Shown: in pieces, positions 57,345 through 64,000 of the stretch
Layout of the letters: each line of letters starts with the position of its first letter
Position numbering within the stretch: position 1 is the first letter of the stretch
Assembly (NCBI GenBank): GCA_964016885.1
Contig: OZ024743.1
Coordinates: 103,478,001 to 103,542,000, forward strand
Direction: 5' to 3'
From: Eledone cirrhosa
Lineage: Eukaryota
DNA: 64,000 nucleotides
The notes under the pieces: generated by a model
Told to the model about the DNA's origin: nothing
The model's input: only the letters and a program-made list of their open reading frames with translations
Databases searched by the model: none
Translations under genes and position numbers: made by a program

Positions 57345-57427
57345 ACTCCAACTAATTAGTTTCTGAAAGGGAATATACATAGTCTCCAAATGGAGACCAT
57401 GGAGAAACCTTTTCTTCATCAGGGAGT
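57345..57427 (-). ncRNA. Intact type I hammerhead ribozyme in the PLE 3' end
   Basis: actcc-CTGATGA-stem II gaaaagg/ccctttc-GAA-ACTAATTAGT (palindrome)-T-ggagt; perfect stem I. Confidence 0.85.
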
Positions 57428-58768
57428 CATTCTCAGCTAAGATACCTGGCGATGCGCAGACACAGGGAACTTATACAAATATAATTCACTGGATGGAAAA
57501 GAGCAAGCGGGGACTAAATTCCAAGACACTGAAAAAATCACTGCCTTCTTGTTCGGTGGCAAATTCAAAAGAATCAATCACGTGACATCGAGGTTAATCA
57601 GTGAGGAGTGGGGGTGTTAAAAAGACAGTAGCCAAGCTGTTACTATGAACTATAGTAGTAATTTTGGCAAATTTTTGCTCAACAAAATAATTTCGGTGGC
57701 AAATTCAAAAGAATCAATCACGTGACATCGAGGTTAATCAGTGAGTAGTGGGGTGTTAAAAAGACAGTGGGAGAGGAGTATAAGAAGGAAGAATGAGAGA
57801 GGAGGAGAGATGGGTGATAGAGAGAGAGCTAGCCTTTACAACTGAGAACAAATATATATATTGTCTCACCGAGAGAAGTTAAAAAGCCGTTGGAAGATAA
57901 TAGATGATTTAAAAGAATTTGAAATTAAAAGTTGAAGTGAAAAAGTGGTTAAGAATAATATTAAATTAAGGTTTGTATATTGAAGGGTTTAATAATATGT
58001 GCGAAGAAAAGAAATTGTTAATATTTATTATTAAAATAAAAATATTAATGTTATTAAGGATATAATGTGAAAAGAAGTAGAAGAGTGGATGAGTTATGAA
58101 TTTGAGGAATTAGTTAGTGTTTAAGTTTGTTTTTATGTAATGTAATATGTGTGCGTAATATATGTAAATAGTTTGTTTAAAAATGAGCGCAGAAAGCAAA
58201 GAAGAAAATAATGTTTAAGGAAGAAAATATTTAACATCAAAATATATATGTTTACGAAATATTTTCTAATGGTAATAATATAATATATTAAAAGAAATTA
58301 GTTAGGGTTTAAGTTTAGTTTTATGTATTGTAATATGTAATATGTAAAAGTCAAACGAGCATGAAAGGAAGAGATAAGGAACTTAAGGAAGAAAAATCTA
58401 ACCTCAAAAAATGTTTATGTTTACGAAGGACTATTAAAGGTAATACTATAATGTATTTAAAAGATAATAATAATTCTTATGGCCAATGATATGAAGAAAG
58501 ATGGAAGAGTGGATCTGTTGTGATGAGTAATAATAAGAATTGAGAAGTAGTTAGGAAGAAAAAGTACAGATTAGAGGTTAGAAATTAAAAAGAGAAAAGA
58601 AAAGAGGAAGAAAGGAAAGTGATAAAGAGGAATGATATAGAATGAGTAACTTGTATTATATAATATATAATAAATAATATTGAAATAAGGTAGAAATAGG
58701 GGTATATTTAAAAAATATATATATAAGCCTTTGAGAAAAAGGATTTTAAACTAGTAAAGTATTAGATA

Positions 58769-60776
58769 TTAGCTGTATACTTTATGGAATGTTCTGTGGA
58801 ATTTATGCAAGCAGAGAGAAAATAAATCAGTGCGTCTATTTATTATAGAATCTAAATTAGATATAATGGTAAATTTCTCAGATAGGCAAAGATTACACGT
58901 TCTGGATAGGGAGGCATTCAAGTAGTGAGAGGCAGAACAAACTTTCCTCCAAGAGATGTTATAGTTAATATTTTTGTCTTTCAAGGACCATATGAGTTCT
59001 GAGAGTGCCATGTTAGTTCTTTTAAGTTGGTATCTAAAAGACGAATTGTGATTATAAAATCTCACTTTGAAGGAGGTGGAAGTGGAACCGAAATAGGTAA
59101 AGGAATTGGTATCAGTTATAACCTTACATTCATAGACTAAGTTTTTTTCAAGACAATGGTTATTGAGAGGACATTTAGTTTTAACAGGGCAATTACAATG
59201 GCGATTAGAGAAATTAACAGAGTTATTAAGAAGTGACCTAGTGTTATTTATAGCAGGAATTGGATTGGAGAAGTTATTTACGATAGGAATAATAGTTTCC
59301 TGATTTAGATTGGTATTATGAACATTCAACGAAGTTACGTTTGACGTCGTATTTGAGTTTGCAGAATCTAGCCTAGAGTTAACAATGACGTCGGGAGTAC
59401 TACTGCTATTATTATGACACTCAGTGTTGGAAGGTTGGGATTTAATATTTAATATTTTATTGTTGTGTTTAGAGATAATTTTAGAGATGTTGGAGGAGGT
59501 GGAATAAGAAAATGTTATTGTATGTTTGTTAAATATTTTACTATAGATATGTGAGGGAGGGAAGCATTTATCTAAGGCCCTAAAGAATAGTTTAGGAATA
59601 TTATTATTAATAGAAATAGATAAAGGAGCATTATACCAGATTATATTTTTGTATCTAGGTCTTTTATTTAAGTTATTGGAATGATCATAATTAATTATTT
59701 ACTGTAAGACCTTCTAGGATTGGTTTCTTTACTGTATTTAATTTTATCAGGATAACCGGCTTTAGAAAGCGTATTATTATAGTAATTGGCGTTAGCATCA
59801 AAGATATTTTTTATTAGAGGATAGGTTTGATATTCTTTTTTCAATATTACTAACTATAGCATTTTTAATGTTAGTGGAGTGGTTAGATTTAAAACTAACA
59901 TAATTTAGATTCTCATTGTTTTTATGGTAAGGGTAATATAGGCCAGTGTCAAGATTAAGGGATATATCCAAGAAGTTAGCTAGTTTGACGTTGTTATCAA
60001 ATTCGATTTTAAGGTTATGTTGCTTAAAGAGATCACGTATATTGTTCTTAATAATATTAAGGTTAACTAAATTGCAATTTAAGATAGTAAAATGTCCATC
60101 GTCACGATCAATTCCACCGCGAAGTTGAGGAATTTTCCGATTTAAAGAATTCAAAATAAAAATACCAATCAAATCAGTCAATTGCGATGAATCGGAAGCA
60201 CCTATTGTGATATCAAAGTTGTTGGAGATATCAGCTCTAGTCCAGTATTCATTGTTGAATTCTAAGATGTTTTTTCTTGCGGTGAGAATGATGTGAAGTT
60301 CATCTGTGGTGATGTCAGAATATTTAAAAGCGAAAGATAGAGCATTGTAGAGAAATGAAGGCGAAATAGAAGAATAGTAGCTGGCAATATCAAATTGAAT
60401 ACATTTTTGTTTGTTTTTCTTATTCAGGTTGTTGAACCAGCCAATTACTTCAGATGTACCAAACCATAAATTTAAGTTAGAAATAGAGCAATTAGAACGA
60501 ACCTGTGGGATAGTTCTATCCAAGATGGCTTTACTAACAACCCCCAGATCTGATTTAGAGGGGGCGATTAGTCTAACAGGTAGTTCCGTTCGAAAATTAC
60601 TTTTATGACCCTTGAGATTTATCCTCGTAGTTCTTGGGAGGAATGGTTCGGTCTTTTTTCAATGCCAAGTTTTGACATAATCTCAGAAGCTTCAAAGTTT
60701 ATAGATTCCAAATTGTCATGGTTAGTTTTACGATATTTCTTCCTTAGTTCCTTAAGGATAAGGTTATTGTAGTTAT

Positions 60777-60780
<4 letters not shown>
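58769..60780 (-). pseudogene. Penelope RT-GIY-YIG ORF, disrupted
   Basis: ORFs 59798-60523 (RT) and 58769-59329 (endonuclease). Confidence 0.9.
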
Positions 60781-61131
<351 letters not shown>

Positions 61132-61191
61132 TGAGTACGCTGAAATATGACCGGTGCGGGCACTGTTAAATATGCTGGGTCCGTCAACTCC

Positions 61192-61380
61192 TTGCCAGTA
61201 TCGGTAGAGGGTCTGACGCCGTGCTTTGCAGCAAAGAGTTACGTCCCTTTATGGTCTGAGTTCAAATCCCGCCGAGGTTAACTTTGCCTTTCATCCTTAC
61301 GGGGTCGATAAAATAGAGTACCAGTAATGTACTGGAATAATTGCTGGCCTTGTGCCAATAGTAGAAACAATTATTATTAT
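61192..61380 (+). mobile_element. tRNA-derived SINE
   Basis: Same family, (ATT)n tail. Confidence 0.85.
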
Positions 61381-61610
61381 CTCACAACTAGCAGACTAAT
61401 GAGAGTAAGTTAAACAATTTTTCACTTTTTTATTGTTTTTGTTCAAGGAAAAACTTGAACCGTTAAGGTATTTTCTCTTGGTTATGTCAAAATTTATAAA
61501 ACAAACTTTGTATTTTATCTGATAAGCGCGTACCAAAGTCTTGGTACACTTGAAATATATATAATAGAATAAATATGGTTTTATAAATATAGTTTCCATT
61601 TATTTAATAT

Positions 61611-61646
<36 letters not shown>

Positions 61647-61907
61647 AGAAAAAATGAAACGAAATTTCATTTCCCACTCTTAGTACGGCTGTTACTTAAA
61701 TATAAGTAGGTACACGTACATACATATATGTATACAGACGTACAGTAGTATGTATATATATATACATACATGCACACATATATACATGTAGGTATGGATT
61801 CACCGAACATTTATTATAATGCTCGGTGTGTTTGTAAACAAACATCCCGTATTAAGCCGTAGTGTCTAGCAACCATCGTTGCTCCTTTGTTCAACACTGA
61901 CAAAGGA

Positions 61908-61950
61908 ACGCTGTACTAGTTTCAAGCTTATTAGCTATCGTCAGCAACGT
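61908..61950 (-). ncRNA. Intact minimal hammerhead ribozyme (family M)
   Basis: Exact reverse complement of 62563-62605. Confidence 0.9.
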
Positions 61951-62562
61951 ATACCTTCCTGTCAGATTGTTGAACGTCTGAAAGCATATACTTTCCTTAT
62001 GCATTTTAACGGCTGAGTAGCCCAATTTGCATATCGAGTGGGTTAATCGGCCGGGTGCACCGAAAACGATAAACAGAAAAAATGAAACGAAATTTCATTT
62101 CCCACTCTTAGTACGGCTGTTACTTAAATATAAGTATGTACACGTACATACATATATATATACATATATGTATGTACATGTACATACATATATGAACAAA
62201 CGAGCAACGATGGTTGCTAGACACTACGGCTTAATACGGGATGTTTATTTGCAAACACACCGAGCATTATAATAAATGTTTGGTGAATCCATACGTACAT
62301 GTATATATGTGTGCATGTATGTATACATATATACATACTACTTTACGTCTGTATACATATATGTATGTACGTGTACATACTTATATTTAAGTAACAGCCG
62401 TATTAAGAGTGGGAAATGAAATTTCGTTTCATTTTTTCCGTTTATCGTTTTCGGTGCACCCGGTCGATTAACCCACTCGATATGCAAATTGGGCTACTCA
62501 GCCGTTAATATGCATAAGGAAAGTATATGCTTTCAGACGTTCAAAATCTGGCAGGAATGTAT

Positions 62563-62605
62563 ACGTTGCTGACGATAGCTAATAAGCTTGAAACTAGTAC
62601 AGCGT
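62563..62605 (+). ncRNA. Intact minimal hammerhead ribozyme (family M)
   Basis: acgttg-CTGACGA-t agct aata agct t-GAAA-CTAG-TA-cagcgt. Confidence 0.9.
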
Positions 62606-62831
62606 TCCTTTGTCAGTGTTGAACAAACGAGCAACGATGGTTGCTAGACACTACGGCTTAATACGGGATGTTTGTTTACAAACACACCGATCATTATAAT
62701 ACGTGTTCGGTGAATCCATACGTACATGTATATATGTGTGCATGTATGTATATATATATATACACACTACTGTACGTCTGTATACATATATGTATGTACG
62801 TGTACATACTTATATATATATATATAGATAT

Positions 62832-63362
62832 ATGATGATGATGGCTGCCCTCTCGTTATGGAGTATGGCCATTGCACGATATAGCATTATTAATAATTAT
62901 TAATTAATTCTATCGTGCAATGCCTGTGCGTGAAGATATTTTTTAAAGTGAGGAAAGACTGTGCATTGAGCCAATCCCACTCTCTGAGCGACAGTAGTTA
63001 TAACCCGAAAAGAAGAAAGGATCAACATCATCGGTAACTACTGTGCCGCAGGTTATATATCGGAGTTATCCCAGTTTCCTGAGTTGCCTTCTCCTAGAAG
63101 AATTCCCTGACAAAGGCTAGGGGTCCGTCACTCCCAGTTGTTTAACAGCGCAGTACATGTGTATATACATATTTACACAATTTTGGATGGCCGTTGACTC
63201 TTATGAGTTCTTCCGCCGTTTGTCAGGTTTTGTTTTTTGTCCTCTAGGGTGTCCAAAATCCCCCTCCTCACCAAGCAAACTTGGTGGGGTTGCCGGTTTA
63301 GTCGCGGACGACCCCGCCATGCGACAAGTTGTACTGGGTTATATGTTACCAGTAGTGACCCA
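62832..63362 (-). mobile_element. Family N retroposon copy
   Basis: Reverse complement of 42302-43290 without the SINE; (ATG)n at the left end. Confidence 0.65.
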
Positions 63363-63387
63363 ATATACATACTATATATATATATAT

Positions 63388-63469
<82 letters not shown>

Positions 63470-63473
<4 letters not shown>

Positions 63474-64000
63474 AGAGAGAGACTGAGCATAAGAGGAATC
63501 AAATGCTGCGTGCAGGATAGGCGGTTACGCTGGTATGGACATGTGATGCGTATGAAGGATGACAGCTGCATAAAAAGGTGCAGAGCACTAGAAGTTGATG
63601 GCAACCGCGGAGTGGGGAGACCCAAGATGACTTGGGATGAGGTGATAAAAGCCGACCTTACCCAACTACACCTCTCAAAGACAATGACACACGACCGTGA
63701 CTTCTGGCGTCACGCAGTAATACAGGGTACCCGACCTCCCATGGGTACATGCTGAAGCATATAAACAATATGCCCCCACTCCCCCCACCGCAAGGTGGTC
63801 GTGGAGGTGCCACGGCAAAAAAGCACCCAGCCCACACTGTAAAGTGGACGTGTAGGCGCCATGAAAAAGCACCCAGCACTCACTGTAAATGAGGTTGGTG
63901 TTAGGAAGGGCATCCAGCTGTAGAAATCAAGCAGAATCAGTTCCTGTATGAGCAAGGCATGGTCAGCCGACCAGACACTGCCCACAACAGGACAACCCGT
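63470..64000 (+). mobile_element. RTE LINE 3' end plus Meta-domain-like 3' sequence
   Basis: RRLRWYGHVMRM..VDGNRGVGRPKMTWDEVIKADL..DRDFWR; ggaagggcatccagctgtagaaa at ~63904-63926. Confidence 0.8.

Larger units (their letters stand above)
57200..60780 (-). mobile_element. Penelope-like element (Neptune-type): RT + GIY-YIG + 3' UTR with HHR
   Basis: RT: QFDIASYYSSI, ITIGASDSSQLTDLIG, DRDDG (YRDD changed), FLDISLNL, PYHK..YVSFKSNH. EN: CNCPVKTKCPL..VYEC..YFGSTSTSFKVRFYNH..CNLCLSEK. Confidence 0.92.
61641..62812. mobile_element. Family M: ~428-nt HHR monomer, inverted pair of longer-than-unit copies
   Basis: Minus arm: ataaacagaaaaaatg at 61641 and 62069. Plus arm: tgaacaaacgagcaacg at 62193 and 62620. 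(TA)n on both sides. Confidence 0.85.

Overview
Repeat-saturated eukaryotic DNA. It is most likely an octopod/cephalopod intergenic or intronic region, inferred from octopus-type SINEs and dense (TA)n/(GT)n/(GA)n tracts. There is one 200-N scaffold gap and no host gene that I can recognise. It holds decayed Penelope-like elements (RT + GIY-YIG), two Tx1/L1-type LINEs fused tail-to-tail, RTE, R4/Dong and CRE fragments, a complete DD37D (maT) Tc1/mariner, several Helitrons, MITEs and about 11 tRNA-derived SINEs. The main signal is many unrelated non-coding families carrying type I hammerhead ribozymes (HHRs). They sit in (TA)n tracts as head-to-head inverted insertions with 3' ends facing outward. 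Several are circularly permuted, longer-than-unit copies of ~323, ~420 and ~428 nt HHR monomers, with an ATATGCAAAT octamer ~90-100 nt upstream of the ribozyme core. This suggests retrozyme-like circular RNAs copied by Penelope RT, primed from both strands of palindromic (TA)n targets. All alignments and folds were done by eye.
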